From positions 116,375 through 180,374 of IMG/VR virus record IMGVR_UViG_3300033153_009093: a DNA stretch of 64,000 bases. One strand, given 5' to 3'. Each line of letters starts with the position of its first letter. Position 1 is the stretch's first letter. Position numbers and translations under genes: made by a program. Origin of the DNA: a virus. This document shows, piece after piece, positions 50,846-60,077 of the stretch. The notes under the pieces were generated by a model. The model was not told the DNA's origin, ran no database searches, and was given only the letters and a program-made list of their open reading frames with translations.

Positions 50846-51137
50846 TTATATAGCTACAAGCTTTCTGCCGCTATTTTCATCTATAAATATCTTAACAGTT
50901 GGTACATATGTTAATGCTTCTGCAACAGCGTAGGTATTATTAGAATTTTTATGTTGCGTAGTGACTTGCACGATACATCCACCATGTACTTGACATGCTT
51001 TAGTACTTTTCATCTATCCTTCATTTTCACTTGATGCTTTGTATAGTAGTTGAAACATATCACCATTTCCTTATTATTTCAACATCTTTTACATTTTTTC
51101 TTGTACCGTTTACATTGGAATTATTAAGTGTCTTCAT
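50846..51137 (-). pseudogene. Conserved phage hypothetical protein (KASS..EGWMKSTKA family) with one +1 frameshift and 1 TAG
   Basis: MKTLNNSNVNGTRKNVKDVEII/GNGDMFQLLYKASSENEG*MKSTKA..VQVTTQ..VAEALTYVP; extra base near 51071; TAG 51014-51016. Confidence 0.7.
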
Positions 51138-51322
51138 TGTTATATTAACCCATTTGTAATGTTTTAATATTACTTCAGAATTAATGAGTATTTTTCTATA
51201 TCATAAGCAATATAAATTAAGTGGTATAGAAAAAGGTTATAAATTATTACACATCTTTGAGGAAAATTAGATTAAAGATAAATGAAAACAATTAGATAGA
51301 ATTTACTCTTTTTGTTAAACAA

Positions 51323-51349
51323 TAAAAAACCGGGAAATTACTCCCGGTT
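51323..51349 (-). terminator. Intrinsic terminator
   Basis: Minus strand AACCGGGAG-TAAT-TTCCCGGTT plus T-tract. Confidence 0.8.
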
Positions 51350-51355
51350 ATATCA

Positions 51356-51697
51356 TTATTTATTTTCCATTTTATATTTTAAAAAATCAAATAATTCCCC
51401 TGCATCAAGAAGGGAGAACTTTTTATTATTATATTCGACCCATGCATATTCTTTATTAATACCATCTGCCGCTGACGGACTGTCATATAGCCACCAATCG
51501 AGCATTGTATAATTATCTTCTGGTTCATCTTCAAACTCTTTAGATAATGATTCAATAATTCTATCAACAAACTTATGAGTTATATTAAATAATACCGGTT
51601 CCTCAAAACAAACAGATATTGATTTCGATAATTTATTTTCTAATTCTAATTGATTAATAGTTTCATTAATTAAAGTTACGAAAGTTTCCCTTTTCAT
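51356..51697 (-). CDS. Hypothetical protein
   Basis: 113-aa ORF (LDWWLYD motif). Confidence 0.7.
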   Translation of the reverse strand: MKRETFVTLINETINQLELENKLSKSISVCFEEPVLFNITHKFVDRIIESLSKEFEDEPEDNYTMLDWWLYDSPSAADGINKEYAWVEYNNKKFSLLDAGELFDFLKYKMENK

Positions 51698-51702
51698 ATA
51701 AT

Positions 51703-51924
51703 TTACCCTTTAAATTTAGTTAATACTTTTGATAGCAACGTTTGATATTCATTTAAAATATTATTAGTATATTCATTTGTGCAGCATATACCTGTTTCGG
51801 TGTATGCCATATAGTTACTTCCTATGTAACTATATGGACTTGTACAATTTTTATTATATGCAACTATTTTAACAATATCGCCATTATTTGTTAAATACTC
51901 TTTATTATACTTTAAACTAATCAT
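51703..51924 (-). CDS. Hypothetical protein
   Basis: 73-aa ORF. Confidence 0.6.
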   Translation of the reverse strand: MISLKYNKEYLTNNGDIVKIVAYNKNCTSPYSYIGSNYMAYTETGICCTNEYTNNILNEYQTLLSKVLTKFKG

Positions 51925-52345
51925 TTTTTATTTGTAAGGCTTTTAGATTGCTCATATCTTGCTTTAGCCCATCAATACATTGTTGGAAATATTTATCAAG
52001 TTCATTGACATGATTATTTATAAGCTCATTCCATTTTTCAGTGCAATCTTTTTTATTATCAAAAATATATAATTCATTTCCACAATACCCCCTCCAACCA
52101 GTATTATCAACTGGAGACAAGACTTTTTTTGACGGTTGATCATTCTTTTTTAAAACAAGAAAATGAGATGTAGAATAATGTATTGTTTTATTTGATGGTA
52201 ATTTTTCATTAGAAATAATAATACATTTACTAGGTGTTACTTTTCTTAATGGTTTTTTATGAAAGTCCGGTTGATTATAATCACAAATCCACACAATTTT
52301 ATTATCATGTTTACCTTCTCTCATTTCTTTTGTTGATATTTGCAT
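51917..52345 (-). CDS. Hypothetical protein (ends at TAG 51917, or at TAA 51905 on readthrough)
   Basis: 142-aa ORF. Confidence 0.7.
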   Translation of the reverse strand: MQISTKEMREGKHDNKIVWICDYNQPDFHKKPLRKVTPSKCIIISNEKLPSNKTIHYSTSHFLVLKKNDQPSKKVLSPVDNTGWRGYCGNELYIFDNKKDCTEKWNELINNHVNELDKYFQQCIDGLKQDMSNLKALQIKND

Positions 52346-52351
52346 AACTAT

Positions 52352-52675
52352 TTAATTCCTTTTATTCATTTGATTAATTGCAAAGCCGATAGCTCCTCCA
52401 ATCGATTCCCCTCCGTTATAATATTGAACAAGGAACTCAATATCGCCATTGGGTAATTTGTTTGCTTGATAAATATTCTCATATGTCACATCTTCTTCTT
52501 TTTTTATTTCATATATTTTATCACCCGCTAAAATATATAATTCATCGTATTTTTCGTAAAAATTATCCAATAAATCATCTTCATCTTCAATTTTATGACC
52601 TTTTAAATACATAAATTCTTTTAAAGAATTAGCCACTAAAGTTATAACACCCTTTCGAGTTTCTGTTTCGCTCAT
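52352..52675 (-). CDS. Hypothetical protein
   Basis: MSETETRKG..QYYNGG. Confidence 0.7.
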   Translation of the reverse strand: MSETETRKGVITLVANSLKEFMYLKGHKIEDEDDLLDNFYEKYDELYILAGDKIYEIKKEEDVTYENIYQANKLPNGDIEFLVQYYNGGESIGGAIGFAINQMNKRN

Positions 52676-52830
52676 AATAAATATTTCCCTTTTTTGTTTT
52701 ATGATATAATATATTATAATATTGTTTAATGTTCATACATTCCACTATATGATTATCTTTAATAAAATCATATAAAGAATTATTCACTAAAGTTATTACT
52801 CCTTTATATGTATGAGTTTTGTTAATCGGT

Positions 52831-53298
52831 TTATAAAACATTTTCCTTTTCCGCCAATGTTTTATAGTATATAAACTGATTAACAATTTGTTTAATATTT
52901 CCGATATTAAGATTATTATCTAAACTATAAAACTTTTCTAATAATTCAGTTTTGTTAAAAATTTCAGGCGACCAATGAGAAACTTTTTTAAGAGGAATTG
53001 ATATTAGTTTTACAGTGTCAATAGTATAAAAAAATCCCTTATAATAATATGCAGAATATCTAAAATTTTCAATAGTATAAATAGATACTACTTCGCAATT
53101 TTTAGGTAGTATAATAGCTTTTATACTATTCCATGTATTATTAGGAGTATTTTCATTGATGGATTCTTTTAATATATCAGTGAAAATTGGATTGTTTATA
53201 TATCCTTTAAGTAATTGGGTCATTTCTATAATATCAGAATAAGGTAAACAAGAAAGTTTTTTAGCTATTTCATCTATTGAAAATTTTAGGTTTATCAT
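52831..53298 (-). CDS. Hypothetical protein
   Basis: 155-aa ORF. Confidence 0.6.
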   Translation of the reverse strand: MINLKFSIDEIAKKLSCLPYSDIIEMTQLLKGYINNPIFTDILKESINENTPNNTWNSIKAIILPKNCEVVSIYTIENFRYSAYYYKGFFYTIDTVKLISIPLKKVSHWSPEIFNKTELLEKFYSLDNNLNIGNIKQIVNQFIYYKTLAEKENVL

Positions 53299-53325
53299 AT
53301 TTATTCTTTTCTTTTTTAATAATTA

Positions 53326-53538
53326 TTAAAAATAACATAAACTGCAAATAACGCTATCATCGTTCTTACTACATTTTTCATTTTCAAGAACAGGCCTTGA
53401 ACACCATTCACAGTATCCTATAACATCTTTACCGTTAATAGTATCAATAGTTGCGCCTTGTGGTACATCCCTTAAATAATCACATGTACCGTAATTTGTA
53501 ATATGCCATTCGATTATATGTTTTTTTAATTGATCCAT
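53326..53538 (-). CDS. Small Zn-finger protein
   Basis: CEWC..CSLC. Confidence 0.6.
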   Translation of the reverse strand: MDQLKKHIIEWHITNYGTCDYLRDVPQGATIDTINGKDVIGYCEWCSRPVLENEKCSKNDDSVICSLCYF

Positions 53539-53546
53539 GATATTTT

Positions 53547-53744
53547 TTAATAATTTTTATATTTAGTAAATATTAATTGATCCTGTATTTCTTTCCGAAT
53601 TTCTTGTTTTTCTTGCCCCCTAGAAAAAGGAGCAGTTTGAATATCTTCCATGACTTCGCAAAAACAATTTTGACCATGACCTTGAACGGTACATCTTCCG
53701 AATTGTTTTCTGTTTCTTAATAATTTATTTCTTGCATTGCTCAT
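53547..53744 (-). CDS. Small hypothetical protein
   Basis: 65-aa ORF. Confidence 0.55.
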   Translation of the reverse strand: MSNARNKLLRNRKQFGRCTVQGHGQNCFCEVMEDIQTAPFSRGQEKQEIRKEIQDQLIFTKYKNY

Positions 53745-53794
53745 ATATAATCCAAGATAATATTAACAAATAATATATAAACTTTTCTTTTTAA

Positions 53795-54022
53795 TTATAA
53801 AATAACTATTTTTTCAATGATATAATAAGTGTTAATTTCAGGCGAGTATTTAGATATTTCTTCATGATATTTTAGCAATGGAAATATGGTAGATTTATAA
53901 TCTCTATAATATGTAAATAGCTTGTTTTCTGAATGGGATAAAGCAATATTTTTTTGAATATTAGTTTCAACCCTATATAATGCATAAATATCTTTTTGTT
54001 TTTTAAATAATTTTAAACACAT
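53795..54022 (-). CDS. Small hypothetical protein
   Basis: 75-aa ORF. Confidence 0.5.
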   Translation of the reverse strand: MCLKLFKKQKDIYALYRVETNIQKNIALSHSENKLFTYYRDYKSTIFPLLKYHEEISKYSPEINTYYIIEKIVIL

Positions 54023-54813
54023 TTTAATTTATTAAGTTTTTTAGATGGTATAAATTGTAAGATTATTTTGTTTTTAAAATTTTCTATAACATAATTATAT
54101 TTTGGATGATAGAAAATATCAGTTTTATGAAGCTTTTTTATAACATCTTTAGATAAAGTATAACATTTATTTTCTAAGTTATCTATAAAATAATAGTCAA
54201 GAATTAAAAGTTCTTCTGTATTAATAAGATAAAATATAAAAATAGATAATAACGCTGTACTAATTGTATTATCTACATTTTTTAAATCATTAAAATCTAA
54301 ATGATCATAGTCATTATATAAAACATGATGAAGAATTTTAGAATAAACTTTAAAAGTATTTCCAAATCCCGGAAGTTGCCAATGAGTTAATATTTTTTTA
54401 TATAAGATATATAATTCATTATTGGAAGATTTTTTATTTAATTTTTTTTATAAAATTTATCCAATCTTAATGAATCAGCATCAAAACATTTTCCATCATT
54501 TCTATTACCGCTTTTATCATAAGTAAACATGAATTATATAATTGTTATATTATTTTTATTTTTGAAATAATTTTCCATGATAAATATTTTACCATTACCA
54601 TAGGCGGGTATTAATCCGTAGCCTTCAGATTCAAAAATCAATAAATCATTTTTTTTTTAGTTTTTTAACAAAATAAAAAATTTTATTACCAAAATCACAT
54701 TTCCATTTTGAAAAATCTTGATAATTACAATTAGTATAAATTTACTTTTTTTCTTTTTTTTATATTTCATTATATTTGAATGATATTAAAGAAATTTGGA
54801 ATTTGTAAATAAT

Positions 54814-54996
54814 TTAAACAGGTCTCCAGTCTATATCAGGTCGCCTTTTTACGAAATCGTCAAAGCAAATTGTAGCTTCTTGAGATTCGTAACTTTCGCC
54901 AGTATCGCAGTATACTTTATTATTCATTACAAAAAAACAATAATCCGTATCGTGTAAAACTCTGCCAGTTTTCTTTTTATAAAATTCTATTTTCAT
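54814..54996 (-). CDS. Small hypothetical protein
   Basis: 60-aa ORF, start overlaps the upstream stop. Confidence 0.6.
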   Translation of the reverse strand: MKIEFYKKKTGRVLHDTDYCFFVMNNKVYCDTGESYESQEATICFDDFVKRRPDIDWRPV

Positions 54997-55526
54997 TAAT
55001 TTAATCCTTTAATTATATCGAAGAAATTAAATAAATATTTTTCATCAAATTTATTTTTTGCATAATTACACATTAATGAAATGAATTGTACATTATCTTT
55101 TACATACCCTTTAGAACTATCTATACGGTCAAGGGAAGCAGTATATAAAGGATCTGTTACAGCTTTATTAGTTCTATGATTTAATTTAATTTTAAGATAA
55201 GAACAAACACCCTTTTGATTGTCCCATATTTCTTTTAGATATTTTTCATCAATATTAATTTTTTTAGTAACTCTATTACGTACCGACTTCATATGAATTC
55301 TAAAAGGAGAATATTCATCTTTTTTAGAACCTTGCACAAGGTTAGAAGTATATAAACGATTACCTTTAGACGTAATAAAATTTTTTACATTTACACCTTT
55401 CCCGGTACAAGTTCTTGAACAATAAAATTTATAATTAGAATTCTTTTTAATTTGTCTATTATATTCTTTTAATTGTTTTTCAAATTCTTTATTACAGTGA
55501 TTACATTTTAAAGTTATGATTTTCAT
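54996..55526 (-). CDS. HNH (His-Me finger) homing endonuclease
   Basis: CNHC..YCSRTC, QKGVCSY, ASLDRIDSSKGYVKDNVQF..CNYAK. Confidence 0.85.
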   Translation of the reverse strand: MKIITLKCNHCNKEFEKQLKEYNRQIKKNSNYKFYCSRTCTGKGVNVKNFITSKGNRLYTSNLVQGSKKDEYSPFRIHMKSVRNRVTKKINIDEKYLKEIWDNQKGVCSYLKIKLNHRTNKAVTDPLYTASLDRIDSSKGYVKDNVQFISLMCNYAKNKFDEKYLFNFFDIIKGLN

Positions 55527-55606
55527 AAAAAAACTCCACTAAGTTATATTTTTAATATTTATATCATATTAATTCAAACTTAGTGGAGTTCGCTAGAATA
55601 AAGTGG

Positions 55607-55965
55607 TGGTGGAGATGGAGGGAGTCGAACCCTCGTCATGAATATAGTCCCTCTATATAATTATTTACATGCATAGCTCTATTTAATCAGGTTTCATACT
55701 TTAGAGCTAAATAAAGCAAACACTCTATAGGATATATCCCGTTAAATTCATCGTTGATTACAGGTATGTTTCAACAACTATCAGATGAAGTCGATGGAAT
55801 GTTTAAATTATCTGAGTCAAATAATCATTCCAGCAAAGCTGATCAAGCAGCCATTGCAATTGCGTAATCGTCAGCAATTATATTTACAGTAAACCAAATA
55901 ACGCATTGATTAAAAGCGACATGTTATACAAACTTTCTATACCATTCGATACCTTGTTCATCCCC
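55607..55965 (-). ncRNA. ssrA: tmRNA
   Basis: Acceptor stem GGGGATG/CATCTCC-A-CCA with G3-U Ala wobble, T-arm GAGGGTTCGACTCCCTC, tag ORF ADDYAIAMAA-TGA; 359 nt. Confidence 0.95.
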
Positions 55966-56044
55966 ATGTATATTATATTAATAATTTTTTTGATAATTCA
56001 TATAATTAATTATATCATATTTTTATTCAGAATACAAGTTATTT

Positions 56045-56311
56045 TTAACTATTTAACAACTTATTTTTATTCAGAATACAATCTTTACATAATTTTTGTG
56101 CGTCATGAAATCCATAAGGTTGAGTTTCAACCATTACATCTTTCACATTCAATGAATTGCACTCTTGACAACGCCCTTTATTTTTTACAGTTATAACTTT
56201 CCTTTTTATAACTAATATTCTATCAAAAATACTTTGAGGAATTTTTTTAATATTCCCTTTTTTAATATCATTATCAAGAAAATCAAGAAATAATTTTTTT
56301 ATATTATCCAT
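56045..56311 (-). CDS. Hypothetical protein with CxxC pairs
   Basis: GRCQEC..LCKDC. Confidence 0.6.
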   Translation of the reverse strand: MDNIKKLFLDFLDNDIKKGNIKKIPQSIFDRILVIKRKVITVKNKGRCQECNSLNVKDVMVETQPYGFHDAQKLCKDCILNKNKLLNS

Positions 56312-56317
56312 AATAAT

Positions 56318-56737
56318 TTATATTATTACTATTTTATTACAACATTTACAAATGCCCGTTGATTTATTAGGTGAGGAATATTTACAAGAACAGCTACCGG
56401 CCATGCCAAGATACATTTCTTCAAAATCTTTTATATTAATAATAATGTTACTATAAAAAGAAGATACCACTTTTACTTTTTGTAGAATATCATTTAATGT
56501 ATTATTCTTTTTACTAACACCTAACAGTATACAAAGCTCGCAAATTATTTTGTTTTCAGTTTTTTGCTGTGCAATATACTTATTTGCTAATTTTGCAGTA
56601 ATATCAAATATCCATGTGGAATTATATATAATATCTTCTTTTAAAAAATACTCAGGCCATGTTCCATTATGCATAAGGTATTCATAAGCTTTTAAGTGGT
56701 CATCATCATCTTCATTAAAATATTCCGATATATTCAT
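56318..56737 (-). CDS. Hypothetical protein
   Basis: 139-aa ORF. Confidence 0.65.
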   Translation of the reverse strand: MNISEYFNEDDDDHLKAYEYLMHNGTWPEYFLKEDIIYNSTWIFDITAKLANKYIAQQKTENKIICELCILLGVSKKNNTLNDILQKVKVVSSFYSNIIINIKDFEEMYLGMAGSCSCKYSSPNKSTGICKCCNKIVII

Positions 56738-56746
56738 TTTTATATT

Positions 56747-56971
56747 TTACCTTCTGAAATTATCTATTTTGTACCAAGAATTCCCGCAACCTTTTAGATA
56801 GTATGCAGTGCAGCCGGGTCTTTTACATTTTAAACTTTGTAACGTTTTCATATTACCATAATCAAAATATCCTTCTTCCCAATCATGAAGACTAAAAAAA
56901 CAAAAAATATGGGGACATTTATAAAATCTATAAATGCATAATATTAATAAGAGTGTATATACATAGATCAT
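56747..56971 (-). CDS. Small membrane/Zn-finger protein
   Basis: N-terminal TM, C..HDW..CKRPGC. Confidence 0.6.
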   Translation of the reverse strand: MIYVYTLLLILCIYRFYKCPHIFCFFSLHDWEEGYFDYGNMKTLQSLKCKRPGCTAYYLKGCGNSWYKIDNFRR

Positions 56972-56973
56972 AC

Positions 56974-57246
56974 TTAACCTTCCTCCATTAAATACATAGT
57001 TCCATCAGTACCTTGTTTTTTAGGATTAACCCACATTAATTCTTGATGGGATTCAGAATGTATGTCAACTGGAACTTGAATCATTCCCGCTTTTATAGCA
57101 CTAACATTTAATTTAATTTTATTTTCTAATTTTATTTTATTTAATTTATAATTAGAAAAAATTAAAGAGGTTAGAATAATAGTTAAGCAAATACTTAAAA
57201 TCGCTATAAATGCAGTGTTGGTCATTTTTTTCATAGAAATATACAC
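56974..57246 (-). CDS. Small membrane protein
   Basis: N-terminal hydrophobic helix. Confidence 0.6.
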   Translation of the reverse strand: MYISMKKMTNTAFIAILSICLTIILTSLIFSNYKLNKIKLENKIKLNVSAIKAGMIQVPVDIHSESHQELMWVNPKKQGTDGTMYLMEEG

Positions 57247-57293
57247 TAGTTGAATTTAATTTATAATTACAAAAAAAAATATAATAATTATGA

Positions 57294-57698
57294 TTAAGTA
57301 ATAGGTACAATTTGTACATTATGATTTGATCTGCCATAATCAATTTTATTTTCAAAATTTAATAATTTCTGAATTTCGGAATATTCTTTAAAAAATTTAT
57401 TTTTTGTAATTATATTAAATTGCCCTTTATGATCTTCGATAAATTTTTTAATTTTAAATTTATAACCCATTGAATGTATATCACCGATTTTAAAATTTAA
57501 ATCTATCAAAAAATCATAGAACTTAAATTCAACAGTATAAATATTTCCATAATTTTTGAATTGGGCGAAATAAGTACTAATATGTCTATTCATTCCACCT
57601 TTATCATATTGAGATAAAAGAAAACAATTTTTAACATCATCAATTTCAATTTCCTCAATCCAATTTTTAAAACAATATTTATTTATTTTAATTAACAT
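57294..57698 (-). CDS. Hypothetical protein
   Basis: 134-aa ORF. Confidence 0.6.
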   Translation of the reverse strand: MLIKINKYCFKNWIEEIEIDDVKNCFLLSQYDKGGMNRHISTYFAQFKNYGNIYTVEFKFYDFLIDLNFKIGDIHSMGYKFKIKKFIEDHKGQFNIITKNKFFKEYSEIQKLLNFENKIDYGRSNHNVQIVPIT

Positions 57699-57747
57699 TT
57701 TAATTTTTTCTAATTATAAAAATATTTAATTTGATGATTTATTTATT

Positions 57748-57933
57748 CTAACAACAATATTCAACTAATCGATCTTTGATTTCTTTTTTCCCAAATATTC
57801 TCATGGATTTATTACATTGCTTTCTTGTAAAATTTCTCGCTGCTTTCCCTGCTCCTGACCCTTTTTGAAATCTATGTCTATATTCAAATCCAAATGTTCT
57901 CCAATAACTTTCTCGTTTAGATTTTGGTTTCAT
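57748..57933 (-). CDS. Small basic protein (TAG followed two codons later by TAA)
   Basis: 61-aa ORF. Confidence 0.55.
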   Translation of the reverse strand: MKPKSKRESYWRTFGFEYRHRFQKGSGAGKAARNFTRKQCNKSMRIFGKKEIKDRLVEYCC

Positions 57934-57936
57934 TTT

Positions 57937-58140
57937 TTATAAATATTGTAGTAGTTTTTTCATTTCAGGTTTAAAAAAATATAACATATCAGGATCATGT
58001 TCTAGTGTGAATATAATTGATTCTATTATAAGAACTGCATTTTTGATTCTCAATTGACGGATTTCCTCAATGGCACTTTGTAATAATTGAGAACTGTCAT
58101 TAATATCTTTTATCAAAATAAGTCCCATTGGTTTTACCAT
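57937..58140 (-). CDS. Small hypothetical protein
   Basis: 67-aa ORF. Confidence 0.55.
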   Translation of the reverse strand: MVKPMGLILIKDINDSSQLLQSAIEEIRQLRIKNAVLIIESIIFTLEHDPDMLYFFKPEMKKLLQYL

Positions 58141-58201
58141 TAAATAAAAATAAAGAACTATAAAAAATTATTAGATACATTTTATTTAGTATTAATGATT
58201 G

Positions 58202-58528
58202 TTATAATTCTGGTACTTCTATTCCTAAAGAAGTTTCTATCCACTCAGCAACAATTCTTCTATGACAAAATTTTCCTGACTTTTCCCAACAGAGCAGAAC
58301 CATTCCGTTTAAATTAGCATATACTTCTTCGGGATTTAATTTTGATAATATCTCTTTATTATAAGCAAATATATAATCAGATTCATTTTTATCTTTAAAA
58401 TATTGTTTTAAAAAATTCCAATGAGGAAATAATAAAGGATAAGTATTGCCATCAAACCAGTTAGGTGATTTTATAGCAATACTTATACCATTTTTAGCTT
58501 TATATTTAGCAAAGTAAGAAGTGAACAT
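58202..58528 (-). CDS. DUF488-like protein
   Basis: TSYFA..ISIA..P.WF.G..LFPHW, LLCWEK..FCHRRIVAEW. Confidence 0.75.
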   Translation of the reverse strand: MFTSYFAKYKAKNGISIAIKSPNWFDGNTYPLLFPHWNFLKQYFKDKNESDYIFAYNKEILSKLNPEEVYANLNGMVLLCWEKSGKFCHRRIVAEWIETSLGIEVPEL

Positions 58529-58536
58529 TATATTTA

Positions 58537-58743
58537 TTAATCCTTTTGAGTATCTGATTTAGTATCATCTTCTATTAGCCCATCTTTAATTAATGAGAGA
58601 TAATAGACATCTCCCTCATCTGGTTTAGTTTTAATAATGGATGGAATTGGTACATTATCACATCCGCAATCAGTGGACTCTTTGTTTATATCTATACCAC
58701 TAATAGTAAAATGGAAAAACAATATTATATATAAATTTAACAT
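58537..58743 (-). CDS. Small hypothetical protein
   Basis: 68-aa ORF. Confidence 0.5.
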   Translation of the reverse strand: MLNLYIILFFHFTISGIDINKESTDCGCDNVPIPSIIKTKPDEGDVYYLSLIKDGLIEDDTKSDTQKD

Positions 58744-58778
58744 GTTTATATTATCTTTAATTTGTTTAATGAAAAATA

Positions 58779-59054
58779 TTATAAGTTATTGTCGATTATT
58801 ATAATACATTCCGCCCAATTTTGAATATCGTTCCAGTGGAAATGATTCCAATGTTCAATTACATAACTCCAAAAAGTATCTAATTTATATAATTTAACAG
58901 CGGCATTTGCTGCATCGATATGAGATAATTTATAGGTTTTTTTATCAGAAAATGAATTTTCGCGAATATCTTGCGCTGTTAAAACTGCATGAGCAATTTT
59001 ATTTTTTACTTCATCATCAATACAATTTTCAATAATAATCAATTCTGTATGCAT
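58779..59054 (-). CDS. Hypothetical protein
   Basis: 91-aa ORF. Confidence 0.65.
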   Translation of the reverse strand: MHTELIIIENCIDDEVKNKIAHAVLTAQDIRENSFSDKKTYKLSHIDAANAAVKLYKLDTFWSYVIEHWNHFHWNDIQNWAECIIIIDNNL

Positions 59055-59429
59055 TTATTTCTTACCTTTTAAATTATTAATACCAAATCCGTTATCAATT
59101 ATACCTAACAATACATTGATGTTATAAGATTGTTCAATGTCCCAATTAGAATAATCGTCCTTATTAATAATATTTTTTGTTTTCATTAAAGTTAAATACT
59201 CACCTTTACGTCTCATAGGAATTTTATTTCTTTCTAATAAAAAAGAATCATTATCAATTTTATACTCTTCATCATATCCCTTAAGAATACGAACAAACCA
59301 AAAATCAAAAACATCAGCGCATATAAAAAATCTTATATAACCTTCTTTTTTATATTCTGGCTTATCTTTTAAAGCTATATCAGTAATTTCAGTGTATTTT
59401 CCAAAATTAAATTTTAGTATATTATTCAT
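59055..59429 (-). CDS. Hypothetical protein
   Basis: 124-aa ORF. Confidence 0.65.
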   Translation of the reverse strand: MNNILKFNFGKYTEITDIALKDKPEYKKEGYIRFFICADVFDFWFVRILKGYDEEYKIDNDSFLLERNKIPMRRKGEYLTLMKTKNIINKDDYSNWDIEQSYNINVLLGIIDNGFGINNLKGKK

Positions 59430-59721
59430 AGATTTCTGATAATATTATTTCATTTATTTTACACATATCTATTTTAATTATAGATACATATTGATGTAAG
59501 TGAGTATTTATATATTTTTGATTATTATTTTTAATATATGTAGTTATATATTTTTCTTTAGCGTAATTTGCCCTTTTTTCAGTATTAAATATTCCTACAA
59601 TACTAGTAGTTGACCCATATTGACCATTTCTTCCCGGAATACAACTAATAACTATCCAACCTTTAGACGTAAAATGATACATTATTAATAATATTAAAGT
59701 AAAGTTACTATAGCTATCCAT
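59422..59721 (-). CDS. Hypothetical protein (start uncertain)
   Basis: 99-aa ORF. Confidence 0.5.
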   Translation of the reverse strand: MDSYSNFTLILLIMYHFTSKGWIVISCIPGRNGQYGSTTSIVGIFNTEKRANYAKEKYITTYIKNNNQKYINTHLHQYVSIIKIDMCKINEIILSEIYE

Positions 59722-60026
59722 AATAAATGAAAGCTATTATCTACTGCAAAAAATGACCAAGGAGAAAGTGGAGGTTTTGTAAATTCCTTTTTTCCAAATT
59801 TATTCATATACCATATTATAAAATTACCTCTATCTTGTAAATGATGTTGTCCAAGTATCAAAAATAATTGATACCAATCTAAACCACAAAATACAAAAGG
59901 TGTGGTATATAATATGCTATGTATTGCGCAAATTAATGAAGATTTTTTCTTTCCTGCGGCCATCCAATCATTTTGAATGATGTAATCACCTATACAATGA
60001 GCTACTAATAAATAAAATCCTATCAT
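59694..60026 (-). CDS. DUF3307-like membrane protein
   Basis: AHCIGDYIIQNDWMA..H..Y..QHHLQDR..DNSFH. Confidence 0.8.
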   Translation of the reverse strand: MIGFYLLVAHCIGDYIIQNDWMAAGKKKSSLICAIHSILYTTPFVFCGLDWYQLFLILGQHHLQDRGNFIIWYMNKFGKKEFTKPPLSPWSFFAVDNSFHLLWIAIVTLL

Positions 60027-60077
60027 ATTATTATAATCCTAAAGGTAAACTTTTATCAGGTTTCAAATAGGATTTCA

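Noticed and set aside
1-51137. TAG interruptions as pseudogenisation, cytosine deamination or base-calling error
   Set aside because: Such processes should also create TAA (CAA codons are intact) and TGA and should hit all genes. Instead only TAG occurs, clustered by function, including in the essential portal, and TAG is absent as a true stop. Raw reads should still be checked.
52629-52886. ORF sharing KGVITLV.NSL with its neighbour at 52352
   Set aside because: Appears to be a truncated partial duplicate overlapping both neighbours; not supportable as a distinct protein
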